From IMG/VR virus record IMGVR_UViG_3300032272_000007, positions 10,757-74,756 of that record: DNA of 64,000 nt. The stretch is one strand, 5' to 3'. The DNA is from a virus (Duplodnaviria > Caudoviricetes). A model generated the notes under the pieces. It was not told the origin of the DNA, ran no database searches, and saw only the letters and a program-made list of their open reading frames with translations. How positions within the stretch are numbered: the stretch's first letter is position 1; each line of letters begins with the position of its first letter. The position numbers and the translations under genes are program-made. Shown in pieces: positions 25,970 through 37,234 of the stretch.

Positions 25970-25991
25970 CAAACTGTATGAAAAAGAAATT

Positions 25992-26543
25992 TTAAGTAAG
26001 AGCAGTTGTAACCCACTCACCATCTACCACGCAAGCGAAGTATACAGTAGAAAAAGCAGCAACAGCTTTTACTGCATCAGCAGCAGCGCCATCAATAGTT
26101 TCCCCAGAAGCAGGATATATCTCCAAAGCAACTGCAGTAGCATTTTTGATACAATGAACACCACCTTGTAGGGCAGCTGGAAGATCCAGAGCCTCCGCAG
26201 AAGTAGCAGTAGCAGTAGTTACATTGTTAAAATACTTGGTTACATCGTAACCATCTCCCTGGGCAGTTCCAGTAGCACTAATAGCCGCATCAATAGCGTT
26301 TTGAACATGTAAATCAGTAGAAAGAGGGTTTTCAGCGGCCTTTACCTCAAGAGGAGATTCTAATACCCGAACCTCTCTAGCGTTACCACTTTTGCTCATC
26401 TTTAGAACGGATCCAAAAGTAGCCTGATGTACTTCTTCAATAGCATCTCCAGGAAGTACCTTCACAACTGGAGTTTGCATGTCTAAATCTTGATTTATGG
26501 AAGGACCGTCCTTCACAACAACCAATGGAATGAAATTTTGCAT
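25992..26543 (-). CDS. Putative virion decoration/fibre protein encoded against the late operon
   Basis: C-term LDLPAALQGGVHCIKNATAVALEIYPASGETIDG resembles fibre tip domains; own TATATTTG at 26568-26575. Confidence 0.6.
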   Translation of the reverse strand: MQNFIPLVVVKDGPSINQDLDMQTPVVKVLPGDAIEEVHQATFGSVLKMSKSGNAREVRVLESPLEVKAAENPLSTDLHVQNAIDAAISATGTAQGDGYDVTKYFNNVTTATATSAEALDLPAALQGGVHCIKNATAVALEIYPASGETIDGAAADAVKAVAAFSTVYFACVVDGEWVTTALT

Positions 26544-26628
26544 ATGTTAATTTGTTTTTAGTTTGATCAAATATAGCGAAAAGTAGGAATTCACTATAAA
26601 ATGATTATTTTTGATCAAACTATTTGCA

Positions 26629-27939
26629 ATGGATGGAAATGAAGTAGCAGAAGTCGAGACGGATGACAGTTCGTCAGGAGGATTTTCAGATCTAAAAAAA
26701 GATGATTTTGAATTTGGGGCTGCAACCCCATTTAAAGAGGATTCCGATTTAGGTGAAGGCGGTGAGCCCGATGGGGCTGACAAACCAAAAGGTGATGAAA
26801 AACCAGCAGGTGATGAAAATCCCAAGGGCGATGAGTCCAAAGGTGATGAAAAACCAGCAGGTGATGAAGAACTAGCGGGTGACGCTAAACCCAATGAATC
26901 GGAAACTCTAGAGGGAGAAAAACCCGAAGGAGATGAAGCCTCATCCTCTGATTCTTCCCTGTCAGATAAGCCAGGGGTAGATGATGCAGCGGTAACACAG
27001 CAGATTGAGTCAACACTACAGGAATTAAGTGGAGGAACAATCAACAACGCTGAGGAGCTAAAAGCAGAATTACAAGAATTAGAGAGCCTCCGTCAAGAAA
27101 AAGCTAATCCCAAGGAACCAGAATTTGAAAATAAAGCAAAACAAAGGTTATGGAGTTTTGTTCAAAAACATGGTGACGGGACGGATCCAAAAGTAGCAAA
27201 TACGTATCTCAATCTAATGCAGATTGACGCGAGTAAACTGGATGGCCGAGAGGTATTATTCCAAGAGTTCAAAATAGAAAACCCAGACGTTGAAGGTGAA
27301 CGGGCAAAGGCCATTTGGGAAGAGATGAACGAGGATTACTCCGAAGATGCATTGGAGGGAAGTGAACTGAAAAAGTATGAGTTTGAGAAGAAGGTAAAGG
27401 AAGCCAGAGAGAAAATCACTACTATGCAGAGTGAATTTCAGGAAGGACAGCCTAAAGAAGAGGAGCCCAGCGTAGAGCAGGTGGCCATGGAAGTAATTCG
27501 TAACGACATCAAGGCACAAGTAAAATCCTACGAAGGGACGAGTTTGAGTTTCACGAAAGGTGCTGACGGCACTTTTGAGTTAGCTCCAGCTGATCCCAGC
27601 AAGCCAGTAGGTAATTTCACAATGAAATTAAGCGCAGAAGATTTACAGAATTTTGAAGAGCAAGCTATTAGTCCAGAGAAACTCTGGTCTGAGCTAGTCA
27701 AATTTGATGATAAAGGGGTAGCCGATTATGGAACATATTTTGATGTTCTGAATTACGCTAAAGATCCCCAAGCGTTCAAAACCAACTTATACAGTTTTGC
27801 CTATAATCAAGGTAAAATTGCCAATGAGAAGGCCGCTAAAAACATTGATGATGAAAAACCACTTCCTGGTGGAGGAAACAATACCGAAGGGGTGAGTGAC
27901 GTAGTTCAATCAATTCGAGATAATAGAAGATCTGCATAA
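26629..27939 (+). CDS. Capsid scaffolding protein
   Basis: Very acidic, GDEKPA-type repeats, lies between portal and capsid; ATG at 26629 preferred. Confidence 0.7.
   Translation: MDGNEVAEVETDDSSSGGFSDLKKDDFEFGAATPFKEDSDLGEGGEPDGADKPKGDEKPAGDENPKGDESKGDEKPAGDEELAGDAKPNESETLEGEKPEGDEASSSDSSLSDKPGVDDAAVTQQIESTLQELSGGTINNAEELKAELQELESLRQEKANPKEPEFENKAKQRLWSFVQKHGDGTDPKVANTYLNLMQIDASKLDGREVLFQEFKIENPDVEGERAKAIWEEMNEDYSEDALEGSELKKYEFEKKVKEAREKITTMQSEFQEGQPKEEEPSVEQVAMEVIRNDIKAQVKSYEGTSLSFTKGADGTFELAPADPSKPVGNFTMKLSAEDLQNFEEQAISPEKLWSELVKFDDKGVADYGTYFDVLNYAKDPQAFKTNLYSFAYNQGKIANEKAAKNIDDEKPLPGGGNNTEGVSDVVQSIRDNRRSA
26788..26868 (+). repeat. 30-bp direct repeat within GDE(K/N)P coding repeats
   Basis: AAAGGTGATGAAAAACCAGCAGGTGATGAA at 26788 and 26839. 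Confidence 0.8.
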
Positions 27940-27973
27940 GGCTAAACAGAACATTAAATGATTCGATACAGCA

Positions 27974-29365
27974 ATGCAACCGAATATAGCTGGCAGTGGC
28001 CAAGATGCCCGACTGTCATACGAACTAATTACGGCTTATGGAATTTATAAGCCTGATATAGCAGAGGAGCTCTCAATAAAAGTTCCTCGTGCAGATTCTT
28101 TAGGCTGGCTGAAAAAGCTAGCAGGAGCCGGACAAACGAGCCGGATGATTCCTAAGCGAATAGCTAGGAACAAAGTAGTATCTCACCACGAAGAGCGTGA
28201 TCACTTGAATTTCAGCGCTACAATTGCCGTAGTAGATAATGGTACTCCAGGGGAAACCAGTATCACACTTTCTGCTGCTGATCACTTTGATTCTGGAGCA
28301 AATTCACTACCGAAAGTCAGTGACTTGGTGGTATTCACCAATGAAGCCATTGGGTACGTAAGTGCAATTGTAAAGACGACCCCCAATGCTCATGTGGTAA
28401 CTATTCTGGAGCAAAACTCTACACAGGATGTACAGACACCAGCGGTGGTTGGATCCAAAGTAGTATTCTTCTCGAACGAACAAGGAGCAGCTTCCAAGAA
28501 GCGAGGTTCTCAAGTTCCTGGTTACGATAAATATGACTTTACGGTGACTACCACTCGTAGAGACATCATAATCGATGACTTTGAAATGCAGAATGCAACA
28601 TGGTTCAAATACAAAGGACAGTGGAAAGTATATGTGAAAGCACTGGATGAATTTTCAGACGCATTCAACATGAATGAGCAATTGAAACTTCTAATTGGTG
28701 AAGCATCTGAGAGTTTGACTTCTCCAGAAGGCAACCCTCTGTATTCAAGTACTCAGCTTATTCCTCAGATTACTAACGCTGGTATCAATTTCGATTACTA
28801 CGGTTCTCCAGACTTAACAACTCTTCAAAATCTTGAGTTGCTCAACGACCGGTACTATGGTGATACTGAAAACTTGATTGCCTGCGGTATTAATGCTGAT
28901 CAAGGATGGAGACAGTGGTTGTTAGAGTTCACCAAAGAGGGAGGGCGAGACCTTTCTTTCGCGGGGTTTAACAAGCAAGAAATTGGAATCAATGTTAAAA
29001 CCATTGAGATTGGATCTCAAAAGTTCCATATCGATTGCTGGAGAATTTTATCTCACGCTGGTACTTTAGGTGTTGACGGTATGCCATACCGTGACATGAT
29101 CCTCCAGATCCCTCTTGGAAGCGGAAACGCTTATGTAGAGAGTGAAGGCGAGATGAAACGTCAAAAAAGAGACTATTTCAGATGTGTTTACGCACCCCTG
29201 AAAGCTGGAAACAGAATGGTCGATGATGTTTACACTTGGGATCATGGTGCGCTTGCAGAGAACCACTCTGATGATGAACTAGCACTCAATGTCTCTATGG
29301 TTTCATATAAGACACTGGAGCTACTTTGCCTTAACAAGTTCGGAATAGCCCGAAAAATCGGATAA
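27974..29365 (+). CDS. Major capsid protein
   Basis: 463 aa after the scaffold, followed by a strong terminator; size and position fit an HK97-fold MCP. Confidence 0.85.
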   Translation: MQPNIAGSGQDARLSYELITAYGIYKPDIAEELSIKVPRADSLGWLKKLAGAGQTSRMIPKRIARNKVVSHHEERDHLNFSATIAVVDNGTPGETSITLSAADHFDSGANSLPKVSDLVVFTNEAIGYVSAIVKTTPNAHVVTILEQNSTQDVQTPAVVGSKVVFFSNEQGAASKKRGSQVPGYDKYDFTVTTTRRDIIIDDFEMQNATWFKYKGQWKVYVKALDEFSDAFNMNEQLKLLIGEASESLTSPEGNPLYSSTQLIPQITNAGINFDYYGSPDLTTLQNLELLNDRYYGDTENLIACGINADQGWRQWLLEFTKEGGRDLSFAGFNKQEIGINVKTIEIGSQKFHIDCWRILSHAGTLGVDGMPYRDMILQIPLGSGNAYVESEGEMKRQKRDYFRCVYAPLKAGNRMVDDVYTWDHGALAENHSDDELALNVSMVSYKTLELLCLNKFGIARKIG

Positions 29366-29380
29366 TATTAACCAATGGAG

Positions 29381-29416
29381 TGGGGGGCCATGTCGGCCCC
29401 CATTTCTTCTTTTTTT
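29381..29416 (+). terminator. Rho-independent terminator after the MCP
   Basis: TGGGGGGCC-ATGTC-GGCCCCCA plus a T-rich tail. Confidence 0.8.
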
Positions 29417-29436
29417 CACACTTTTAAAAAACGGAT

Positions 29437-30318
29437 ATGAAACCGAATCAAGTCCTTCACAAGGAGCTTCACGTTAAGCCCCTAGATGAAGGCCAAACCG
29501 CAACATTCCGACTTATTGGAGCTAATAAGCTGGGAAACAAGTACAGTAGTGGGGGCAGAAGGCTGCCAATCAACCCCGCTGTAAAGCAAGTGCCAGGAAT
29601 GGCATATTTATACGATCCACACAAGAAAACACGTGTTAGGATCGGTAATGTAGTTGGTGAAGAACCGAACGAGGAGAATGGTAAAACGGTATTTAAGCAG
29701 ATTACTGCCGCCATTTTAATTGAAAACGGAGAGATCATCTTTAATGCTGAGCAGAATGATTCTTATTGTTTCATGATGCGACATCCGGGGTGTAAAACTA
29801 ATCCTTGGCACGATCGGAAAAAGAAGCCGATTTTTGAACTTATTGACAAAGCCGCCGAAAGGCAAAGTAAAATTGCTTACGATGCGGTTGAGGATGATGC
29901 AATTATCTTGCTACGTGACTCAGGACTGGATGAACTTTTAGCAATAGCCGAAAGCCTTCATGAAGATTATAAGTCATTAGTTAATGTCGACAATTCAGTT
30001 GATGAAATACGACATGATTTAAGGAATATCGTCAGGAAAGGAAATCCAGAAGTCATTATTCGGGCGAGTGATTACAAATTTGGAAAGATGAAACTCCAAG
30101 TAATTGAAAGCGAGAAATGGCTTATTCTGAAAAGAATTGTAGCAAACCGAGCTTGGCATTCAATTATGGGGGACCAGAAGAAGGAGTTGATGACCGTAGA
30201 GCCTGGAACCGATATGATCACAGCGTTGATCCATTGGTTTACTCAGGATGATGATGGTAAAGCGTTCTATCAGAAGGAACTATTACCAAGATTGAAAGCG
30301 TATAAAGCGAACGTATAA
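29437..30318 (+). CDS. Conserved post-capsid hypothetical protein
   Basis: 293-aa ORF in the late operon. Confidence 0.6.
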   Translation: MKPNQVLHKELHVKPLDEGQTATFRLIGANKLGNKYSSGGRRLPINPAVKQVPGMAYLYDPHKKTRVRIGNVVGEEPNEENGKTVFKQITAAILIENGEIIFNAEQNDSYCFMMRHPGCKTNPWHDRKKKPIFELIDKAAERQSKIAYDAVEDDAIILLRDSGLDELLAIAESLHEDYKSLVNVDNSVDEIRHDLRNIVRKGNPEVIIRASDYKFGKMKLQVIESEKWLILKRIVANRAWHSIMGDQKKELMTVEPGTDMITALIHWFTQDDDGKAFYQKELLPRLKAYKANV

Positions 30319-30330
30319 TATTATGGAGAG

Positions 30331-31011
30331 ATGCTGATACCACAACTAAAATTACTCATCGATGTAGCCGGAGATGTTATCTGGATACAAGACGACACTG
30401 GTGTTTATGATGCTAATAACATTGGCGGTTGGGGAGATCCCAACCAAGAACGCAATGAAATGGCTCTGATGATCCACGCTAAACGCACTGATGATGTAGA
30501 TGTGGTATCAACACTTCTTTCTGATCAAATTGTTTGGAATGCAGGTCTGGCAAATACAGATGTTTCTGAGTTTCAGATTACTCTTGATCAGGATGGAATC
30601 TATAATATATACCTCTTTGTCTTTCCTGTCACCACAGATGGAATAGATGACCTAGAAGGGACTACTATTGTATCTGGCGACATTGTTTTCTACAATGGAC
30701 TGCTACAAACGTTCAATGGTAGCATATTTACAGAAGTAGATCCTTCTTTCTACGATCAATTTATCGACGATGTGAATATTCCTCAAGTTTTTTGTGAGGA
30801 CATTATTATGCCAAACATCATCATTAAGTACAATGAACTGTACAAGACGTACCGACAAAAAAGGCTAGAGAATTGTGAGGACATATCAGATGATAGAGAA
30901 CAATTATTCGATTTAAGAATGAGTATCGAGGGTACAGAATATGCATTCAGAAGTAATTTGAAAACCCAAGCCAGAACTAACCTTGAAGCACTTCATAATG
31001 AGTACGACTAA
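30331..31011 (+). CDS. Putative virion structural protein
   Basis: Acidic beta-rich ORF in the late operon. Confidence 0.55.
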   Translation: MLIPQLKLLIDVAGDVIWIQDDTGVYDANNIGGWGDPNQERNEMALMIHAKRTDDVDVVSTLLSDQIVWNAGLANTDVSEFQITLDQDGIYNIYLFVFPVTTDGIDDLEGTTIVSGDIVFYNGLLQTFNGSIFTEVDPSFYDQFIDDVNIPQVFCEDIIMPNIIIKYNELYKTYRQKRLENCEDISDDREQLFDLRMSIEGTEYAFRSNLKTQARTNLEALHNEYD

Positions 31012-31886
31012 TGTCACAGAACCCACAGACACCCACTTATGCTAAAACCATCCCCAAAAACGGATGTGCTCCACAGGGTTTTAATAAATTCTACATACCT
31101 TCTTGGGTAGATCAGATAAAAGCACTCGAAGTCACCACTAATGACTCTCAAATTGTAATTGTAGACAATTCCAATGTTAACAAACATAGTTTTGCTATTG
31201 ACTTTGTTCCGCATGAGGCCCTATCTGGAAATCTTTCCTTAGTTGCCCAGCAATCAAGTGTTCCGGTAGCAACTCCAGTACTCAAAGGAGAAACTATTGA
31301 TGAGGTGAACCTGGTTTGGTCTTACAATAAATCGATTTCTGTCCAAACACTTGTTTCTGATGATGTTGGGATTACAGACCCCACACTGACATCTGGACTA
31401 AGACTTTACGATTACACATCCCTTTCCATTACAGAGGACACAGCATTTACACTAGACGCAGACGATGGGCAAGCTCTTCCTGACTCCACCCTGCAGTTAG
31501 TAAAGTCAATTCTTTTTGGTAACTACTACTACTATGGTGATGGGGCCAGCCTTCTCGGGTCATCCAGCTCTGGAGTTCAGGCATTTCTTGACGGAATAAA
31601 TAAAACAATCGAGACAGATAAGGTCAGAAACCTACTTGCCACTGGTGGTGCGGATGAGCATTTCTTTTTTGCTTTCCCTGCATCATTTGGGCTTCCAACA
31701 GAGATCAAGAAAGGCCTATTTGCTGGAGGATATGTTCGACTACTTAATGTGGGCGGCACACTATTGACATCTGGTAGTGAGAGTGATCTTAATATCAATA
31801 ATGGGAATGTATCAGAGCCTTACTACCTGTATATGAGTCTTTTTGACAATCAAAACGATCCAAACCAAGCGGTTGAAATATCATGA
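31011..31886 (+). CDS. Putative Ig-like virion/fibre-base protein
   Basis: C-terminal domain similar to that of 35807-37234. Confidence 0.55.
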   Translation: MSQNPQTPTYAKTIPKNGCAPQGFNKFYIPSWVDQIKALEVTTNDSQIVIVDNSNVNKHSFAIDFVPHEALSGNLSLVAQQSSVPVATPVLKGETIDEVNLVWSYNKSISVQTLVSDDVGITDPTLTSGLRLYDYTSLSITEDTAFTLDADDGQALPDSTLQLVKSILFGNYYYYGDGASLLGSSSSGVQAFLDGINKTIETDKVRNLLATGGADEHFFFAFPASFGLPTEIKKGLFAGGYVRLLNVGGTLLTSGSESDLNINNGNVSEPYYLYMSLFDNQNDPNQAVEIS

Positions 31887-34800
31887 GTGACGGAAAAATA
31901 GAAATTCATGCACCGTTAAAACCCCTCAATGACAATGAACGAATGTTTATTGTTGAGCAGAAGTATGTAAAAGGAGCAGATCAGATATTTTCTAACCTTG
32001 CCGAACTGGTAGCCTTTCATCCCGACCGAATGCAGCAGGGAATGACCGCTAGAGTGGCCAATTACCCAACAATTGGTGACATCACCGAATACTACCTTAA
32101 TGAAGATCCAGCGGCAATGATTGACGGGAGTCTTGATTCCATTGTTACTATTGACAATTTTGGTACCTATTGGTCAATTCTAACCCAGCAAAACTCAGGA
32201 GCAGTAACCATTAGGGAGTATGCTCCAAGTAAAACAGGCGGGGCTCGACCATCGTACCCATATGCCCCATCAACAGAGGTTCCCGATGGATGGACTGCAA
32301 TCTATGATCCACAGCTCGGGCATAAATGGATGCGTTTCCGTACAGATGATGTTGACGTTAACACTGATGGGGTTTTTGATAACTGGAGTATACCAGTACA
32401 AATAGGCACTCAGTTCGCCGCAAACGACTACATAGAAAATAGATTTATTCGTCAAGATGCCGATTTAACCATAATATCATCGGAAGGAGGACTGCAGCTT
32501 AATGACTTCTATATAGTTGTATCTGGAAATGTTGACGTAAACGGAGTCAATAAGACTAAGGGAACCATATTTGAGCATGTAGGAGGAAACACCTATACCT
32601 TTAATACCGCCACAGTACAAGAAACCGTACCTCCTCCTCCCTCTACTGATGGATTAGGTGCTCCAAACAATGAGCCAACAGGATATTCCGACACTATTCC
32701 GGTGGGGAGCGCAATGCTATGGGTTATTGAGGGCCAAAAAACAGCATACGGTCAACTAAAGTCCGATTGGGTAATCCGAAGGATCAATGAAGATCCTAAC
32801 TACATACGATATTCAAATGCTGCAACTCCAGATCCCAATACTATTGTTGACATCAACACTAGTGCGGCAGCAGCTACCCAAGGCGATACCGATTTAACTA
32901 ATGCTGGCTGGGCTAACGTATTTAGTGGGGAAAACTTCATAGCTACTCGCCAAGACGACAACGGAGGAAGTCCGGGACCACCATTTCTTCCCTGGAAACT
33001 GGAGAAAATTAACGAAGAGTCTGGTGAGTTTGTAGATTCCGTTTTTAAGCTATTTGATTTCAACCTTCCAGTGGGAGATCCCCTGTTGGTAGCACCAACG
33101 GAGGCAGATCCAACACTTGAAGGATGGTTTGATACAATTCAGCCAGAGACCGGCCAGCAAAAAAACTTTATCTCCTCAGCAAGGAAATTCATTGATGGCA
33201 CACTCAAAACCGCATGGAGTGACCCAGCTCCATTTACAGGATTTGACATCTATGTTCTGAATGTAGAGAGTGATAGTGATGATGATTTCAAAACTGATAA
33301 GGACGGAAATGTTGTTCCAGCGACTATCCAGCTTGATGCAGAGTTATTTAAAGGTGTAGTAAGACTATGGGAAGACATAGATGTGCCGTTGACATTCTCT
33401 TGGAAGAGAGTATATGACAATGGATCCGCGATCGATGAAGCAGCTGACTTTGACACAGGAGACGACTTCTACCTTTTAGCAGATACAGGAACACCAGGAC
33501 AAGATGGATATAAATACTCCGGACAAAGACTCATAGTAAAACCTGATGGGGTTACCGGAAAAGCCATATTCCGAGCGCAGGTAATTGTGACCATGGCGGA
33601 TGCTCCAGACATAACAATAACCAAAGATTTAAGTTTATTAGATGTTTCTGATGGACTTGACGCGAAAGACATTAGCATTGGTGTAGATAATCCAACAACA
33701 ATTTATGACACGGTAAATACCGTTCATGTACCAGCAGCGGTAAATCTTACGTCCTTTTATTCTAACATTGGCTCACCAACACTTTATTGGTATGTAGAGA
33801 CCGCACCAAGTACTTGGACGGCAATAGTCACAGCTGGCGCATATACAGTAAATGGAAATATTCTTAATATTGACACCTCAGTGCTTTTTGCCGCAGATGG
33901 TACCGCAGAAGAATTTAGATTTGCTGTTAGCACTCACGCTACTGACCCTGATTTAGCAAATGGGGACACAATCCACACCGATTACAAGACCGTTGTTAAA
34001 CTAGGATCCGCAGGAGTTGGGGCTCCGGGAGTGGATTCGGTCATTTCCCTACTCGATAATGAGGCCGCTACAATTGTTCTTGATAAGGTATCGATTCAGC
34101 CTGTTCCTAATGAGACTGGTGCAGCAGGTAGGGTGATAACCAAAGTTCAGGTTTACGATGGGGCAACTAAGAAAGTTTATGGGGGAGGTAACGATTATAC
34201 GATAGTAGTTTCTCCAACAGCTGGAGACATCCAGTTCGGTGTTCAGGCAGACGGAGCTGACGCAAGAGTCTTTATTGCAGCATGGACCAGCTCTGTAGCT
34301 AGAAGCGCAACGTGTACAATCACTATCACCTACGGAGCTCTAACTCTTGAAAAGGTGTTCCAGATAGGGAGTACATTGGATGCACCAGGCGCAATCGTTC
34401 TTGATGTAGACTCAAACAAAGGATTTGCCTTCACCCCCCAAGATGTAACCGATAAGACCTTAACGGCCAGCCTCTACGACACGAACGAGGATCCTGAGCT
34501 ACAAACATCTGGATATGAGTATAATTTTCAGATAGCAGGTATTTTTCAGGGGTGGACGGCTGTAAGAACTCAGTTATTGACAAGAAATGATATTCTAACG
34601 TCTGGAGACGTAGTGGTACAGGTTCGACCGACTGCTGGATCCGTCATAAGGACTAGGACACTTAAATTCTATGACATTGTTGATAGTAGAATTATAACGA
34701 TGCTGACCGCTTCTGACCCAGTTGTCATAGCAGATAAAATACCTACCAATCACGTAGACAACAGCAATATAACCGTTAATTCAGTTGATTGGAAGGATGT

Positions 34801-35803
34801 TAACAGTGTGTTTTGGGACACAAATCCACCAATATATGCTTGTTATGGAGAGCAAGACCCAGCGGATCCGGCTGCTTTTATATGGTCAAACCCTTTCCGA
34901 ATTAAAGGAGAGAAGGGAGATCAAGGGGTTAATGGGAACTTCTTCTTCAACATGTATAAGCAAGCAGGGACAGCACTTCCAAACGGTGATACTTCCACAT
35001 TAGGACAGATGACCGGTGCGGGGTGGACAGCAAACCCGCCAGGCACAGACAATGTGTATGTAGCACAAAGGCTTTGGACGGGAGAGGGAGTCACATTTGA
35101 TGTAAATAATTTACCTAGCACCGGACCCGTTGGAGGAACCACATGGTTGGGACCAATCGTTTTTTCGGGAATAAGCGGAAATGATGGCGCAAACGGGAGT
35201 AATGGAGCAGACGGAGATAAGGGGTGGAGTCAGGTTATAGCAATCGTATCAGACGGATCAAGAAGAGTTCAACAATTATCCGACTGGGTAGGAGGGGAAG
35301 GCACAAAGCCCGGTAATGTGGGAAACTACATAGGCCCATCAGGATATGTAACCTCAATAGGTTCTGCGGTAGATGTAAGAGGAGCTACCGGAGCTACCGG
35401 AGCTCAAGGTGCTGGATTTGATTCTCTTGGGGCTCCGTATCCCGTTGGAAGTGCTCAAATAGCAATGGGAAGTGGTTCTGCTAATTTTAACAACCTCATT
35501 CTATGGCAAAAAACAGGAGCAATAACATCTTTTGCTGCGGGGCCAACCGATAATGATGATCAATGGGGATCTTTCTTTCTTGCTCATAATTTAGGAAACA
35601 CTAACTACTACTGTACCTTTAGTTCTTGGAACCCAAAAACAGGATCAGCTACCGCCACGGCTAAAAAAGTACAAGAAGATGCGATCTATGCGGTCATGTA
35701 CGATAGACAAAACTCTAGTTTTAGAGTAGTTTTTAGGGAAATGTTCAGTCTCAGTCAGGAGAATCCACAACACCTATTTGTAACCCTTTGGAAAATCCCA
35801 TAA
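31883..35803 (+). CDS. Long tail/head fibre protein with collagen-like segments
   Basis: 1306 aa, G/T/D-rich, GxxGxxG runs (GEKGDQG, GNDGANGSNGADG, GATGATGAQG). Confidence 0.7.
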   Translation: MSDGKIEIHAPLKPLNDNERMFIVEQKYVKGADQIFSNLAELVAFHPDRMQQGMTARVANYPTIGDITEYYLNEDPAAMIDGSLDSIVTIDNFGTYWSILTQQNSGAVTIREYAPSKTGGARPSYPYAPSTEVPDGWTAIYDPQLGHKWMRFRTDDVDVNTDGVFDNWSIPVQIGTQFAANDYIENRFIRQDADLTIISSEGGLQLNDFYIVVSGNVDVNGVNKTKGTIFEHVGGNTYTFNTATVQETVPPPPSTDGLGAPNNEPTGYSDTIPVGSAMLWVIEGQKTAYGQLKSDWVIRRINEDPNYIRYSNAATPDPNTIVDINTSAAAATQGDTDLTNAGWANVFSGENFIATRQDDNGGSPGPPFLPWKLEKINEESGEFVDSVFKLFDFNLPVGDPLLVAPTEADPTLEGWFDTIQPETGQQKNFISSARKFIDGTLKTAWSDPAPFTGFDIYVLNVESDSDDDFKTDKDGNVVPATIQLDAELFKGVVRLWEDIDVPLTFSWKRVYDNGSAIDEAADFDTGDDFYLLADTGTPGQDGYKYSGQRLIVKPDGVTGKAIFRAQVIVTMADAPDITITKDLSLLDVSDGLDAKDISIGVDNPTTIYDTVNTVHVPAAVNLTSFYSNIGSPTLYWYVETAPSTWTAIVTAGAYTVNGNILNIDTSVLFAADGTAEEFRFAVSTHATDPDLANGDTIHTDYKTVVKLGSAGVGAPGVDSVISLLDNEAATIVLDKVSIQPVPNETGAAGRVITKVQVYDGATKKVYGGGNDYTIVVSPTAGDIQFGVQADGADARVFIAAWTSSVARSATCTITITYGALTLEKVFQIGSTLDAPGAIVLDVDSNKGFAFTPQDVTDKTLTASLYDTNEDPELQTSGYEYNFQIAGIFQGWTAVRTQLLTRNDILTSGDVVVQVRPTAGSVIRTRTLKFYDIVDSRIITMLTASDPVVIADKIPTNHVDNSNITVNSVDWKDVNSVFWDTNPPIYACYGEQDPADPAAFIWSNPFRIKGEKGDQGVNGNFFFNMYKQAGTALPNGDTSTLGQMTGAGWTANPPGTDNVYVAQRLWTGEGVTFDVNNLPSTGPVGGTTWLGPIVFSGISGNDGANGSNGADGDKGWSQVIAIVSDGSRRVQQLSDWVGGEGTKPGNVGNYIGPSGYVTSIGSAVDVRGATGATGAQGAGFDSLGAPYPVGSAQIAMGSGSANFNNLILWQKTGAITSFAAGPTDNDDQWGSFFLAHNLGNTNYYCTFSSWNPKTGSATATAKKVQEDAIYAVMYDRQNSSFRVVFREMFSLSQENPQHLFVTLWKIP

Positions 35804-35806
35804 AAA

Positions 35807-37234
35807 ATGGATGTAAACGAACATATTGCCGATTTTTTGAGAGACGCAACTTATAGGTTAGCGGAAATAACTAATGAGCTGGAGGGTACAATTATAGACA
35901 AGGATGCAGCTGAGTATAAAAAACTCAACGGATACCGGCAGGATATTTGGCTTTTCTCTAGGGTAATATTCTATGGATCACACTTCATTTATCAGGCAGA
36001 AAAAAGCGGCTTCACAAACGATTGGACTGATAATGAAATAATTGAAGAGATAGAGTATATCAGAGATAGGGTTGGTATTAGTGAAATTCCTTGGGTTAGT
36101 TACACCAACTACATGCCAAATCTGATCGTAAGAGCATCAGGAGGAGGAATTGAGGTTGAAGAAGATCCATTTATTAAAGTAGGGCAAGAAGGGGACTTGG
36201 TTGAATACGACCAAGATCAAAAAACCCTTCGTCCAATAAGTAAACCAGTCTTACTTGGATTTTCTGGAGACATAGCGACCTATTATCAGAGAGCCTTAGC
36301 TTATGGATACATACTAAATGGAACTTTTACAGAAGCCGAATGGGCTGGTGAAAATCCTCTTTTGTTGTCTGGAGAGATGGGGATTGCTATTATTGGAGGA
36401 TTAGGAACCAAATTCAAATTAGGACCAGGAAGGTGGAATGATCTCAATTATTTCACGGAAAAATATTCAATTGGGGATGTAGTCACTAATCCGATCGGTG
36501 ACGCAATCAATACAGCTGCAGTACAGGATGAAAGTATAGAGAGTGTAATTAAGTTAATGTTGAGTCCTTATGCTGAACCAGTTATTCAGAATTTACAGAA
36601 TGACGCAGGAGGAGGCTATCTCTCTGAATCAATTATCATCTTAGGGAATACAATTTCAGGAGGAATTAACATACAGTTCACTGTTTCTAATTCAGCGAAC
36701 CTCGATGGAGCTACACCAATCAACGTGACAGCAGGAGGAGTATTTTCCAATGAAGGAGATTTCGCTAATGGAAGCCCCATCAACCTAACTCTTGCATCAG
36801 ATCTAACACCTACTCAGCTCACCAACATTGAAATAAAGGTGAAGGCGACTCACACCAACGGGGTGACCCAGGAGTTTAGCACTTTCATCCGATTCCGTCC
36901 GGAGATTATATGGGGAGTTTCTGCATTGAACTCATTGACAGCCTCCGAACTAGCAGCCATCACAGCAAAGCAGCTATTGACAACCGAGGAGTATGCTGGA
37001 GAATATGACTATACCCAGTCTGGGTACCTTTATTTAGCTATTCCAGTAACCCTTAGCCCGTCTAATTTGTTTTTTGCAGACACAACAAACCCACTGATAT
37101 CACTACCAATCGATATGGTAGATCTAGGCGTTGTGACAAATGTCAACCCGTCTGGAGCCGGAGCGTACAATTATCAAGTTTTCAGAACCCAATATTCAAT
37201 CTCTGAGAATTCAACTAAAATAACGATTCAATGA
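35807..37234 (+). CDS. Virion protein with an Mtd_N/hyaluronidase-N-like anchor segment
   Basis: WAGENPLLLSGEMGI...KFKLGPG.WNDLNY motif. Confidence 0.6.
   Translation: MDVNEHIADFLRDATYRLAEITNELEGTIIDKDAAEYKKLNGYRQDIWLFSRVIFYGSHFIYQAEKSGFTNDWTDNEIIEEIEYIRDRVGISEIPWVSYTNYMPNLIVRASGGGIEVEEDPFIKVGQEGDLVEYDQDQKTLRPISKPVLLGFSGDIATYYQRALAYGYILNGTFTEAEWAGENPLLLSGEMGIAIIGGLGTKFKLGPGRWNDLNYFTEKYSIGDVVTNPIGDAINTAAVQDESIESVIKLMLSPYAEPVIQNLQNDAGGGYLSESIIILGNTISGGINIQFTVSNSANLDGATPINVTAGGVFSNEGDFANGSPINLTLASDLTPTQLTNIEIKVKATHTNGVTQEFSTFIRFRPEIIWGVSALNSLTASELAAITAKQLLTTEEYAGEYDYTQSGYLYLAIPVTLSPSNLFFADTTNPLISLPIDMVDLGVVTNVNPSGAGAYNYQVFRTQYSISENSTKITIQ

Noticed and set aside
26740-26940. Scaffold GDEKPA repeats as a novel repeat system
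   Set aside because: Ordinary low-complexity coding repeats in an acidic scaffold N-terminus
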